The notes beneath the pieces are model-generated. The model made no database searches and was not told the DNA's origin. It saw only the letters and a program-made list of their open reading frames with translations. Of a stretch of 64,000 nt of DNA, positions 29,372-41,852 are shown one piece after another. Source of the stretch: Eledone cirrhosa (lineage: Eukaryota); the NCBI GenBank assembly GCA_964016885.1, contig OZ024742.1, positions 33,294,001 through 33,358,000 on the forward strand. The letters are read 5' to 3'. Each line of letters begins with the position of its first letter. The stretch's first letter is position 1. The position numbers and the translations under genes are program-made.

Positions 29372-29558
29372 TGGATTGGCAGTATCGGTAGAGGGTCGGA
29401 CGCCATGCTTTCCAGCATAGTTACGTCCCTTTACGATCTGAGTTCAAATCCCGCCGAGGTTGACTTTGCCTTTCATCCTTACGGGGTCGATAAAATAAAG
29501 TACCAGTAATGCACTGGGTAATTGCTGGCCTTGTGCCTAACGTAGAAACAATTATTAA
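29372..29558 (+). mobile_element. Nin-type SINE
   Basis: Consensus match. Confidence 0.82.
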
Positions 29559-29647
29559 TATTCGAAAAACTCAGATTACATTTATTGTATTCAGCCATGT
29601 AGAGCAAAATTTTCTTTTATATATATATATATATATATATACATATA

Positions 29648-29744
29648 CAGGGTGTCCAAAAAAATGTATACACTTTGATTACCTGTACAGGCAATATTTA
29701 TTAGAATGCTGTTGAAGTGTGTATATATTTTTTGGGACATCCTG
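29648..29744. mobile_element. Tc1/mariner-type MITE
   Basis: TA|cagggtgtccaaaaaaatgtatacac ... gtgtatatattttttgggacatcctg TIRs. Confidence 0.7.
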
Positions 29745-30109
29745 TGTACACACACACACACATCATCATTGTTTAACGTCTATCTTCCACGCTAGCATAG
29801 GTTATATATATATATAGTTTTTGTATTTGTTTTGCAAGATGTTTTTATCAGTCAACAACTAAACAATCATCTGGTTAAACTAACCGACTCGGAAATTATA
29901 ATAGTAAATTAAAGTGAAATCCAACAGGTGCGTGAGTTTATTATTGGCAGCATAACCCTCCCAAAGTATAACAATATATATATAGAGTGCTCAACCGGCA
30001 TACCGCCTATGGAAGTATTTTAGCTACCATCAGACACACACATATATATATATATAAATTAATAAAAATAATGAATAAACAAAGAAACAGTTCCTTATAT
30101 TAAAAAATT

Positions 30110-30244
30110 CATCATTTTACGATCGTTTCTAGGATATATATGTTAGTGTTGGTATGCATGTCATATAGATCTATGTAAAATTTTTACAAACTATCAGAAG
30201 GAATATACATACCTACACATATATATGCTGTCTTCAGAAATAAT
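30110..30244 (-). ncRNA. Type I hammerhead ribozyme candidate with long stem II
   Basis: attattt-CTGAAGA-[atatatatgt...acatatatat stem]-GAAACGATCGTA-aaatgat; palindromic stem III ACGATCGT, GUA triplet; base of stem II mismatched. Confidence 0.6.
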
Positions 30245-30787
30245 TGTTTCTACTATTGGCACAAGGCCAGAAATTACCCAGTACATTACTGGTACTTTAT
30301 TTTATCGACCCCGTAAGGATGAAAGGCAAAGTTAACCTCGGCGGGATTTGAACTCAGAATGGCAAGGGCCGTAACTCTATGCGTCAAAGCATGGCGTCCG
30401 CTGTCTTCAGAAATAATTGTTTCTACTTTTGGCACAAGGCCAGCAATTATTCCAGTACATTACTGGTACTTTATTTTATCGACCCCGTAAGGATGAAAGG
30501 CAAAGTTAACCTCGGCGGGATTTGAACTCAGATCGTAAAGGGACGTAACTATGCTGGAAGCATGCCCGACCCTCTACCGATACTGCCAATTCACCGCTGT
30601 CTTCAGAAATAATTGTTTCTACTTTTGGCACAAGGCCAGCAATTAACCAGTGTATTACTGGTACTTTATTTTATCGACCCCGTAAGGATGAAAGGCAAAG
30701 TTAACCTCGGCGGGATTTGAACTCAGATCATAAAGAAATAATTGTTTCTACTTTAGGCACAAGGCCAGCCATTACCCAGTGCATTAC
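30241..30787 (-). mobile_element. Four stacked Nin-type SINE copies
   Basis: Separated by (gctgtcttca)gaaataat duplications; empty site in the right arm at ~34315-34345. Confidence 0.88.
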
Positions 30788-31521
30788 GAAATAATGATAT
30801 TTGTTTATTGAAAAAAACCAACAAAGATTTAATACAATAGGTCTGTTTGGGAACAGGTTTTGAATTGACCAATAGAAAGATAGTGAAGGTCAAGATGGTA
30901 AAATAGTAGTAATAGAGCCTTAATTTAGGGGTAGAGGAAGGTAGATTTCAGTTTTGGATGGAAAGAATATTATGAATGAAAGATTATTTTAGGGATGAAA
31001 ATAGGTCATATGCTGTCTTCAGAAATAATTATATTTGTTCATTGAATAAAACCAACAAAGATTTAATATAATAGGCCTGTTTGGGAACAGGTTTTGAATT
31101 GACCAGTAGAAAGGTAATAACTGGCCAAATGGTATAATAGTAGTAATGGAACTTTAATTTAGGGGTAGAAGAAGGCAGATTTCAGTTTTGAATGGAAGGA
31201 GTATGATGAATGAAAAGGTTATTTTAGGGGTGAAAATAGGTCAGGTCGGTAAAAAGTACACGAAAAATTGCTGTTATAAAAGAATAATGCTATTGTAAAT
31301 ATCTAAGGAGACTAAAATTTTACGATAAAAGTGTTAGTGAAAAAAATATGTGGAATTTACATCTATGAAAAGAAAATAAATAAATTAAATTGATAGGTAT
31401 ATTTATATTGATAAAATTATATTAATGCATATAGATATGATAAATAAGAGTTAGATGTAATTGAAGAGTGCTGTTAAAAACGAGGGGAAATAAAAAAAAA
31501 ATATATATATATAATTATAGA

Positions 31522-31724
31522 AAGAGGAATATAGATTATGACCTGACCTGGAGTGTGCTCAAAAGGGCCACCCCTTATCAAAATAATAGATATGTAGATT
31601 GTGTTCCCAAGAACTTTTCGAAATAATGAAATCTAAGGATATCCTATTAAATAAGCAACAGGAATTAATAATATCGTGTAATCATAAACTGAGAAAAACC
31701 TTTAAATATTATAAACCTAATTAA
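31522..31724 (+). pseudogene. Penelope-type GIY-YIG endonuclease C-terminal remnant
   Basis: KRNIDYDLTWSVLKRATPYQNNR /frameshift/ CRLCSQELFEIMKSKDILLNKQQELIISCNHKLRKTFKYYKPN*. Confidence 0.75.
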
Positions 31725-32047
31725 TATACATTTTAGAAATTATTATAATAACATTTTTTTAATTTAGTTAACCTATAATTAATATTCTACTACTGATGAA
31801 CTACATAATTTTATTTCCCTTTTACAACTATCTTTTCCTAAAATTGATACCATTAAGTATACATATATACTGTTTTAATTTCAGGTTATGATTCTATGTT
31901 CCTTGTAATCTCTATATATTTGTTATTTCTCACTAATAATTTTAACCCCCCCCCCCCCCAAATAATTATATATATATATATTTTTTTATTTCCCCTCGTT
32001 TTTAACAGCACTCTTCAATTACATCTAACTCTTATTTATCATATCTA

Positions 32048-33564
32048 GAGAAGACCCGCCTTACCTAAATACAAAGTAAAACCTACTACAGTCAGTAGGC
32101 ATCTCTATCAAACCCCCCCCCCCACCCCATCCACACCGCCCCTTTCAATGTAAAGTTATGTTGGTGCCACCACATCCAGGCCGAAACAAATGAGATCGTG
32201 TAGGTGTCACGACAAAAATCACAGTCCACGCTGTAAATGTGGCCGTGTAGGCAACACGGTAAAAACCTCCCAGCCCCACACTGTAAATGTGGTTGGTGTT
32301 AGGAAGGGCATCCAGCTGTAGAAAACCCGCCAGACAGTCCACGCTGTAATGTGGCCGTGTAGGCAACACGGTAAAAACCTCCCAGCCCCACACTGTAAAT
32401 GTGGTTGGTGTTAGGAAGGGCATCCAGCTGTAGAAAACCCGCCAGACAGTCCACGCTGTAATGTGGCCGTGTAGGCAACACGGTAAAAACCTCCCAGCCC
32501 CACACTGTAAATGTGGTTGGTGTTAGGAAGGGCATCCAGCTGTAGAAAACCCGCCAGACAGTCCACGCTGTAATGTGGCCGTGTAGGCAACACGGTAAAA
32601 ACCTCCCAGCCCCACACTGTAAATGTGGTTGGTGTTAGGAAGGGCATCCAGCTGTAGAAAACCCGCCAGACAGTCCACGCTGTAATGTGGCCGTGTAGGC
32701 AACACGGTAAAAACCTCCCAGCCCCACACTGTAAATGTGGTTGGTGTTAGGAAGGGCATCCAGCTGTAGAAAACCCGCCAGACAGTCCACGCTGTAATGT
32801 GGCCGTGTAGGCAACACGGTAAAAACCTCCCAGCCCCACACTGTAAATGCGGTTGGTGTTAGGAAGGGCATCCAGCTGTAGAAAACCCGCCAGACAGTCC
32901 ACGCTGTAATGTGGCCGTGTAGGCAACACGGTAAAAACCTCCCAGCCCCACACTGTAAATGTGGTTGGTGTTAGGAAGGGCATCCAGCTGTAGAAAACCC
33001 GCCAGACAGTCCACGCTGTAATGTGGCCGTGTAGGCAACACGGTAAAAACCTCCCAGCCCCACACTGTAAATGCGGTTGGTGTTAGGAAGGGCATCCAGC
33101 TGTAGAAAACCCGCCAGACAGTCCACGCTGTAATGTGGCCGTGTAGGCAACACGGTAAAAACCTCCCAGCCCCACACTGTAAATGCGGTTGGTGTTAGGA
33201 AGGGCATCCAGCTGTAGAAAACCCGCCAGACAGTCCACGCTGTAATGTGGCCGTGTAGGCAACACGGTAAAAACCTCCCAGCCCCACACTGTAAATGTGG
33301 TTGGTGTTAGGAAGGGCATCCAGCTGTAGAAAACCCGCCAGACAGTCCACGCTGTAATGTGGCCGTGTAGGCAACACGGTAAAAACCTCCCAGACCCACA
33401 CTGTAAATGTCGTTGGTGTTAGGAAGGGCATCCAGCTGTAGAAAACCCGCCAGACAGTCCTATGCGAGCAAGACAACCACTCTTGCCTAAAGTGGGAAAA
33501 CCCCCCGTCCAAACCCATGCAAGCGTGGAACACGGACGTTAAACGTTGATGATGATGATGATGA
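32048..33564 (+). mobile_element. RTE 3'-end insertion in the right palindrome arm
   Basis: Absent from the left arm (tcatatcta|tatgcattaat junction); (GAT)n tail. Confidence 0.85.
32222..33454. repeat. Tandem array, 11 x 112 bp, nearly identical units
   Basis: Unit cagtccacgctgtaatgtgg...gaaaacccgccaga; ORF track repeats every 112 bp. Confidence 0.97.
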
Positions 33565-34635
33565 TATGCATTAATATAATTTTATCAATATAAATATACC
33601 TATCAATTTAATTTATTTATTTTATTTTCATAGATGTAAATTCCATATATTTTTTTCACTAACACTTTTATCGTAAAATTTTAGTCTCCTTAGATATTTA
33701 CAATGGCATTATTCTTTTATAACAGCAATTTTTCGTGTACCTTTTACCGACCTGACCTATTTTCACCCCTAAAATAACCTTTTTATTCATCATACTCCTT
33801 CCATTCAAAACTGAAATCTGCCTTCTTCTGCCCCTAAATTAAAGTTCCATTACTACTATTATACCATTTAGCCTGTTATTACCTGTCTACTGGTCAATTC
33901 AAAACCTGTTCCCAAACAGACCTATTATATTAAATCTTTGTTGGTTTTATTCAATGAACAAATATAATTATTTCTGAAGACAGCATATGACCTATTTTCA
34001 TCCCTAAAATAATCTTTCATTCATAATATTCTTTCCATCCAAAACTGAAATCTACCTTCCTCTACCCCTAAATTAAGGCTCTATTACTACTATTTTACCA
34101 TCTTGACCTTCACGATGAAAGGCAAAGTCAATCCCGCCGAGGTTGACTTTGCCTTTCATCCTTATGGGGTCGATAAAATAAAGTACCAGTAATGCACTGG
34201 GATAATTGCTGGCCTTGTGCCTAAAGTAGAAACAACTATCTTTCTATTTGTCAATTCAAAACCTGTTCCCAAACAGACCTATTGTATTAAATCTTTGTTG
34301 GTTTTTTTCAATAAACAAATATCATTATTTCTGAAGACAGCATATATATGTGTAGGTATGTATATTCCTTCTGATAGTTTGTAAAAATTTTACATAGATC
34401 TATATGATATGCATACCAACACTAACATATATATCCTAGAAACGATCAAATTTTTTAATATAAGGAACTGTTTCTTTGTTTACTCATTATTTTTATTAAT
34501 TTATCTTGACTCTGTTTTCCTGTATTTTTCATCGGAAAAAAAAAATGTTTGAATACATCTTCTCTTTTCATGATATTCGGATTACATTGAGTTCTTCATA
34601 CGGATTGGACACTACCGTACATTTTGGTAGATTTA

Positions 34636-34675
<40 letters not shown>

Positions 34676-34949
34676 ATGATTGCCGGATTCTGTATGCATG
34701 TGAAAGTAAGGTGCAGTATAGTGTTTTGTCTCTATCTCTCTCATTCTGCCTGCCACGTTGGTCATGCTAATTTTCTCCCTATCTTTCTCTTTGTATATTC
34801 TGCCAAACGTCACATCAAACTAATCAGCCAGTCAGCCAGCGTGCATGTATGCGTGTGTGTCGTGAATGCATTCATGCAAACTGAATTACATCCCTTGCAC
34901 CACACAGACCGATATCAAGGCGTGCACCTGATCACCCGCAAACCTTAAA

Positions 34950-36769
34950 TTCCTGAAATTTAACGTCCAAATCGTCAACATTAGCTATGAAAGCATCTGC
35001 TATCCACATTGGGATGTCCATCGGCAAAAGGTCGACAAACCGTTCTCTCATGTTGTCTTGTAGCGCATGGAGGTGAGTGGTATAAATTTGGAGTTGGTCA
35101 TCGCTTACAATGTTTTGAACATTGGCAACACTAGGAAAATTACAGAATTCCCGTCAACAAAGATTCCTTTCGATGACATTCAATTTGGCCAGGAATGTTT
35201 TCACAGCATTCCTTTCTTTAAGCAAGGTGATCTTCTTCCCCTGCAAAGCCAAAATGACGCTATTGCATTTGTCGAAGATGTTGGTGAAGTAGGCGCAGTC
35301 TTGCCTCACATCGAGGGTTTTCTTGTACAGTTCTGTGTTGCGTCCTCGCAGAAACTCAATGATAAAGTCGAAGAGTTGAAAGAAGTGAGTAAAGCACTTG
35401 CCCTTTGAAAGCCACCTCACTTCAGTATGAAAGAGCAACTTGACGAATTCTTCGTCATTATCTTGGCACAGTTGCTGGAAAATTCATTCATTGAGGGAAT
35501 GCCGTTTGATAAAATTGATGACATCAATGGCCACCTGCAAGGATTTGCTCAGAGGCTTGCTGAATTTCTTCGCAGCCAAGTGTTGTCGATGAATGACACA
35601 ATGAACAGCAAATACAGATAGATTTTCTCTCTTCAGAAGAGTGACAAAGCTCTTATGTTGGCCGACCATTGCTCCTGCGTCGTCCGTAGCACATGATACA
35701 ATGTGTGTTGTATGTGGTCCTAGATGTATGTATTACCTGCCTGTGTGTTGTATGTAGTCCTAGATGTATGTATTACCTGCTTATGTATTGCATGTGGTCC
35801 CAGCTGTATGTATTACCTGCTTGTGTGTTGTATGTGGTCCTAGATGTATGTATTAACTGATTATGTGTTGTATGTGGTCCTAGATGTATGTATTACCTGA
35901 TTCTGTTGTATGTGGTCCTAGATGTTTGTATTACCTGCTTATGTGTTGTATGTGGTCTTAGATGTATGTGCTACCTGCCTCTGTGTTTTATGTGGTCCTA
36001 GATGTGTGGGTGCTACCTCCTTATGTATTGCATGTGGTCCTAGATGTGTGTATTACCTTATTATGTGTTGTATGTGGTCCTAGATGTTTGTATTACCTGC
36101 TTATGTGCTGTATGTGGTCCTAGATGTGTGTGCTACCTGCCTGTGTGTTTTATGTGGTCCTAGATGTGTGTGTGTGCTACCTCCTTATGTGTTGCATGTG
36201 GTCCTAGATGTGTGTATTACCTGCGTATGTGTTGTATGTGGTCTTAGATGCATGTATTACCAGCTTATGTGTTGTATGTGGTCCTAGATGTGTGTGCTAC
36301 CCACTTCTGTGGTTTTTTTTCTTTTTTTATTTGTATACCATAGGGAATAAAATAGATCTACATAGTGTTAACTCGTTACGGTTGAGTCAATAATTTCAGA
36401 CATGAAATACATTGTTATCGGTGAAAGAAAGATAAGATTCTAACTGGCTGCGCTCAAAGTGTCCTTGACCCAGATGACTGTGGATTTTTTCATTTTTAGG
36501 ATCTCAATTACCGGTTAATGTCTAGACACACCTGCTCACAGCTGTGGTCAGACTATAGTTATGCTGTCTGCAAGCTCATTCAAATGCATTCACACTGGCT
36601 GTCTCAAAGACATACAAATATGGCTTATAAAACTTACCAAAGTAAAGAGTCTTCCAGCCCCCCCTCAAGCTCCTAACGCGACCTTGCTCCCAAACGCCCC
36701 CCCTGGAGTTCTGAAACGCCCCCTGTGAGTGCATATGCCCCCCCCCCCCCCCCCCGTTGAGAACCTTTG
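34950..36769 (-). mobile_element. Buster-type hAT derivative, truncated on its 3' side
   Basis: TIR gttgagaacctttg at 36756-36769; HCVIH and HTEVRWLS motifs; near-identical to 40900-42605. Confidence 0.92.
35701..36300. repeat. ~38-40-bp minisatellite inside the hAT
   Basis: tgtggtcctagatgtatgtattacctgcttatgtgttgta repeats. Confidence 0.92.
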
Positions 36770-38359
36770 ATTTAAATCAATTATAATAATTTTCTTTCAT
36801 ATGTTATTTAATCATTATCAAACAATTTAATTTTAAACATCTTCTTTTACGACTAAATTATTCTGAATTTATATATACAAATATTTTTCAGATACGTGAA
36901 AGAAAAAAAAAATAAAGTGATGTCTCAAGCATGTTGTGGTATTTCCTTTTCATTTTACAAATAAATTATTCAGATTTTACATACACATATCAATCAGGTA
37001 CAATTAATTCTACTATACTTGGTGGTTGTTGTCTACTTAAAATGAAAGAACGACAAAGAGAAGCGACCTCAAAATGGTCGCGCCACTTGTTAGAAACAGC
37101 AGCCAAATCTCCCAAATATCACACGCCACCAACTTGAAATTGGAAAAAAAAAAAAAAAAAAAAATGAAGACCATAGATTAATGTGGGCCTAGATTAAGAA
37201 AAAAAAACGAGGTAATAATGTTTGAAACGTCTTTGAACATAGATAGGTCTGCTCAGTAAGGGCTAAGCAGCGACAAAATAACAACAGTGATGAGGCATAA
37301 AAAAGCGATATTTAAAAGAGAGAGCGGGGGAGATTGCAATGAAACGAAAACTGGTTGAAATCATCTTTACTCACAGATATAGTTAAAGTTTTCTCGGTTA
37401 ACGTTTATTTAATAACGTTAACTCAAACTCACTTCTAGAACAAACTGACCTAAATTAATGATCAAACTGTTTCAACCATGACCATTCCCTTCCATTTTAT
37501 TTTCACCACTGTATCGAGGACCATGTTATCTCAATGTGTTCTTCGAATTTTTATTCATAAGGTGTAGTTTATTGGCTGCTATTTCTACATACCGAAAAAC
37601 CGCATAATGACTCGGTGACTCTACAGTTGATATCTAATTTCATCCAGTTATTATTTCGATTCCCTATCTACCCACTCTCATATGAACATATACAAATGTA
37701 TATATACACATACCTATATATATATATATATACACACCTATATATATATATGAAAGGTAAACAGAAATAACACAATCGGTACAGTATATATATATACACA
37801 CACACACACACACGATCGTAGTTCTACCTGGTTCAAGGGAAGCAATCACCGAGTGATTGCAATGAAGTGAAAAAATATATAATTTTGCTGAGATATATAT
37901 AGCAGAAATGATAGTCATGGTGCTGTTTAGAGCCTGGACAACTGTGATCTTGCAGTAGACCAATATTTAAAGGCATTCCAGCCGTGGCTATCTCGATTAT
38001 TTAATGTGTCTTTTTCACTAAAAAAAACCAAAGATATTAAGGGTGGGATGCCAGAAATTTCATTGTCAGTAGTCCAGCTCCCACAGGCTGAAAAATATAA
38101 TTTACTGATAAATTATATTCCAGTAACTTATTTTGTTAAAATATTGTGTTGACTCTGAAAGTTTGGTAAGGAGAAAATGTATGATAATGAGATAGGTACA
38201 GTAGTATGCATATAAAGAATCCAGGAAAGAGTCACAGGAGACAAAGTTAGATTCTATTTATATATCATAAAAAGTAATTTATTTATAACAGAATAAATAT
38301 ATTTAAAAAAAAAAAAACGAAGAAAAAAATGAAAAAAAAACAACAATGAAAACTTTTAA

Positions 38360-38710
38360 TAATAATTGTTTCTACTTTAGGCACAAGGCCAGCAATTACT
38401 CAGTTCATTACTGGTACTTTATTTTATCGACCCCGTAAGGATGAAAGGCAAAGTCAACCTCGGCGGGATTTGAACTCAGATCGTAAAGGGACGTAACTAT
38501 GCTGGAAAGCATGGCGTCCGACCCTCTACCAATACTGCCAATCCACCGCCCTTTTAATAATAATGGTTTCTTATATAGGCACAAAGCCAGCAATTTTGGG
38601 GGGAGGGGAAAGTCGATAAAATCGACCCCAGTGCATTACTGGTACTTTATTTTATCGACCCTGTAAGGATGAAAGGCAAAGTTAACCTCGGCGGGATTTG
38701 AACTCAGAAA
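38360..38710 (-). mobile_element. Two tandem Nin-type SINEs
   Basis: Consensus matches, both with (ATT)n tails. Confidence 0.8.
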
Positions 38711-39939
38711 TTTAATAATAATAATACAATGAAATTATTATGTACAGTGCTCAGGTGCACTACAACTCATCAAAGGTGCATGTAAAGTACATAGAATAAT
38801 GTATTTTAGTTTAAACTTTTTTTCTAGCCTAAAGTCTGTATTTGTCTGATGTTTTCTTAATGAGATTTATATGACCAAGATAAGAAGGAATGGAGGAGGA
38901 GACATTTGCCTGACATAAATACTTAACATTTCTTGATAGTCACCAAGGTGTTGGTGGTGTTAAACCAGCTCTATTTCTTTCTTTCTTTTCCCAGATAGTG
39001 CATCTAAAACTACAGTAACCAATGTCTTTTTCTACCTTTTCTTAAAACAGTAGAGTGAGATTTAAGGAAGATTTGGTTGTTATTTCTAATTTGTCACACA
39101 ATTATGTAGAATGTTCCTCTCTCATTTGAAGTGGGAGATATAGAAAAAACTTTACTGTGTAACCAAGATTATTTTAAGAGTAGAAACACAATGAGATATT
39201 AGATTGTTTGATGGTTACCAAGGTATACCAAGGTATCATCGTTAAGTTAATTTATTTACCTAATCATAATCATCATCATTTAAGGTCAATTTTTTCCTGC
39301 TAGCTAGGGGTGGACAGGTCATCATTAACCAAGTTTGTACTTAATTGGAGCTACTGACCTATCAGATAGGCTGGGGGGGCCTGTAATTAATCTATATTTT
39401 ACTTGCAGAGAAAATCCATTTGTTGCCAGCAGAGGAAACAGCTCCCTGAATTTTCTCTGTCCCCATTCTTACACTCGTTACTATGCTTTCAGAATACATA
39501 CCAATATAGCAAAGTAGACCACTTACATAACAGAAACTGTCAAATATTTCTAGAACATATTTTCCAATAAATCCTAATCTCAGGTCCCAAATAATAAGGA
39601 GAGATTGGAAATTCGGTAATTGTTTGGTTGTTTCCTTTGATTATTAAAAAAAAAAAACGAGAATTAGTTGTTTAGTTTACATATTGAGACCCCAAACCCA
39701 TCTTATTTATTTTATAATATATGGGATTTCTTGTAATGTTCTTTTTCTGTCATGTATAATGTTTTTAATGTCTAAAGAAAATTAATTATCACTTTAAATA
39801 AAATTTTGCCAGAGATAGATTAGTAAAATTTAATAAGTGGGGGACAGGGGCACAACGACGACAGTTATTTAGACCTGAGAGAACCTTTTTTTTGTTTTTA
39901 AAGACCATGGGTGCAATATGAGGAAGATTTTGGTTGCTG

Positions 39940-40200
39940 TTAATAGCTTCCTTCACATTCAATGCCCTAGTCTCACTACGATGCAAAATCTCAATATTCA
40001 AGCATCATATATACAATCTGCCTTTCACTCACTGAGGGAATCACTTTGTTGCCAGCTGAGTTGATAGCTCTCTAAATTTTGTCTGCTCCCATTTTTACTC
40101 TGGTTACTATACTTTCAGAACATCAACCAGCACATCAAATTAGGTCACTTAGATAACAGGACCTCTCAACTATTCCTAGTAAGTTTTTCAGGCATTTGAG
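39940..40200 (-). mobile_element. Old RTE RT fragment (others near 39400-39540 and 55050-55265)
   Basis: HRSETRAL resembles HGSETWAL; similar to 60-270. Confidence 0.6.
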
Positions 40201-40469
40201 AGAATTAATTTCATAGGTGCTCATACTGTTAACTACTCTTGTGCATATGTTACCTACAAAATCCTATTCAGTCAGTATGCTTGGGGTCCCAAAGTATTTC
40301 TTTGGTGTGTATTTGTATGTGTGTGTATGAGTGTTTATCTATAATCTATGAAAAAAAAGTTGTTTTCAGATTACTACAACTCAAAGGACTCAATACATGA
40401 ATCTGTAAAGTGTGCCAAGTAATAACTACCTTAAATTTATTTGTATAAGTCTTTCGATGTATTCAGAGG

Positions 40470-40506
<37 letters not shown>

Positions 40507-40622
40507 TGTGTATATATATATTTGTGTGTATGTATGTAAAAGGTAAACAGAAATAACAACACAAACAGTACAGTATATGGAAGGAATATATTAGTTTAAC
40601 GCTTGAAATAGCAGGAAAAGAG

Positions 40623-40658
40623 TCTTAAAGTTTCGGACGCTAGTCCTTCATCAGAAGA
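40623..40658 (-). ncRNA. Minimal hammerhead ribozyme motif (mutated stem III)
   Basis: tctt-CTGATGA-a-ggac-tagc-gtcc-GAAAC-TTT-aaga. Confidence 0.65.
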
Positions 40659-40760
40659 AAGAATGAAAAAAATATAAAGATTGAAGGCACGGATGGGGCA
40701 GAATCTAAAAAATTTTTTTTAGCGACAATAAATATATGTATGTGATGATGATGATGTATG

Positions 40761-40798
<38 letters not shown>

Positions 40799-41332
40799 GC
40801 GAGAGAGAGAGGGGGGGATTCATTCTATTGTCACTTGAACTTTGACACATGTTAAATATTTATGTAATCAGAAGTTCCCAATAAATATAAACTCTACATC
40901 AAAGGTTCTCAACGGGGGGCGTTTGGGAGCAAGGTGGCGTTAGGAGCTTGAGGGGGGGGGGGGGGCTAGGGGGCACTGGAAGACTCTTTACTTTGGTAAG
41001 TTTTATAAGCCATATTTGTATGTCTTTGAGACAGCCAGTGTGAATGCATTTGAATGAGCTTGCAGACAGCATAACTATAGTCTGACCACAGCTGTGAGCA
41101 GGTGTGTCTAGACATTAACCGGTAATTGAGATCCTAAAAATGAAAAAATCCACAGTCATCTGGGTCAAGGACACTTTGAGCGCAGCCAGTTAGAATCTTA
41201 TCTTTCTTTCACCGATAACAATGTATTTCATGTCTGAAATTATTGACTCAACCGTAACGAGTTAACACTATGTAGATCTATTTTATTCCCTATGGTATAC
41301 AAATAAAAAAAGAAAAAAACCCACAGAAGTGG

Positions 41333-41852
41333 GTAGCACACACATCTAGGACCACATACAACACATAAGCTGGTAATACATGCATCTAAGACCACATACA
41401 ACACATACGCAGGTAATACACACATCTAGGACCACATGCAACACATAAGGAGGTAGCACACACACACATCTAGGACCACATAAAACACACAGGCAGGTAG
41501 CACACACATCAAGGACCACATACAACACATAAGCAGGTAATACAAACATCTAGGACCACATACAACACATAATAAGGTAATACACACATCTAGGACCACA
41601 TGCAATACATAAGGAGGTAGCACACACACATCTAGGACCACATAAAACACAGAGGCAGGTAGCACATACATCTAAGACCACATACAACACATAAGCAGGT
41701 AATACAAACATCTAGGACCACATACAACACACAAGCAGGTAATACATACAGCTGGGACCACATGCAATACATAAGCAGGTAATACATACATCTAGGACTA
41801 CATACAACACACAGGCAGGTAATACATACATCTAGGACCACATACAACACAC
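41333..41852. repeat. ~38-40-bp minisatellite inside the hAT
   Basis: Reverse complement of 35701-36300 with fewer units. Confidence 0.92.

Larger units (their letters stand above)
30054..34504 (+). mobile_element. Penelope-like element 3' end with an inverted copy of its 3' region (arms 30054-31518 and 31962-34504)
   Basis: Arms are reverse complements apart from insertions; loop carries a GIY-YIG C-terminus; hammerhead motif in the arms. Confidence 0.75.

Noticed and set aside
32222-33454. CRISPR-like periodicity (also the ~39-bp and ~48-bp arrays)
   Set aside because: No unique spacers, no cas genes, eukaryotic context; plain tandem repeats.
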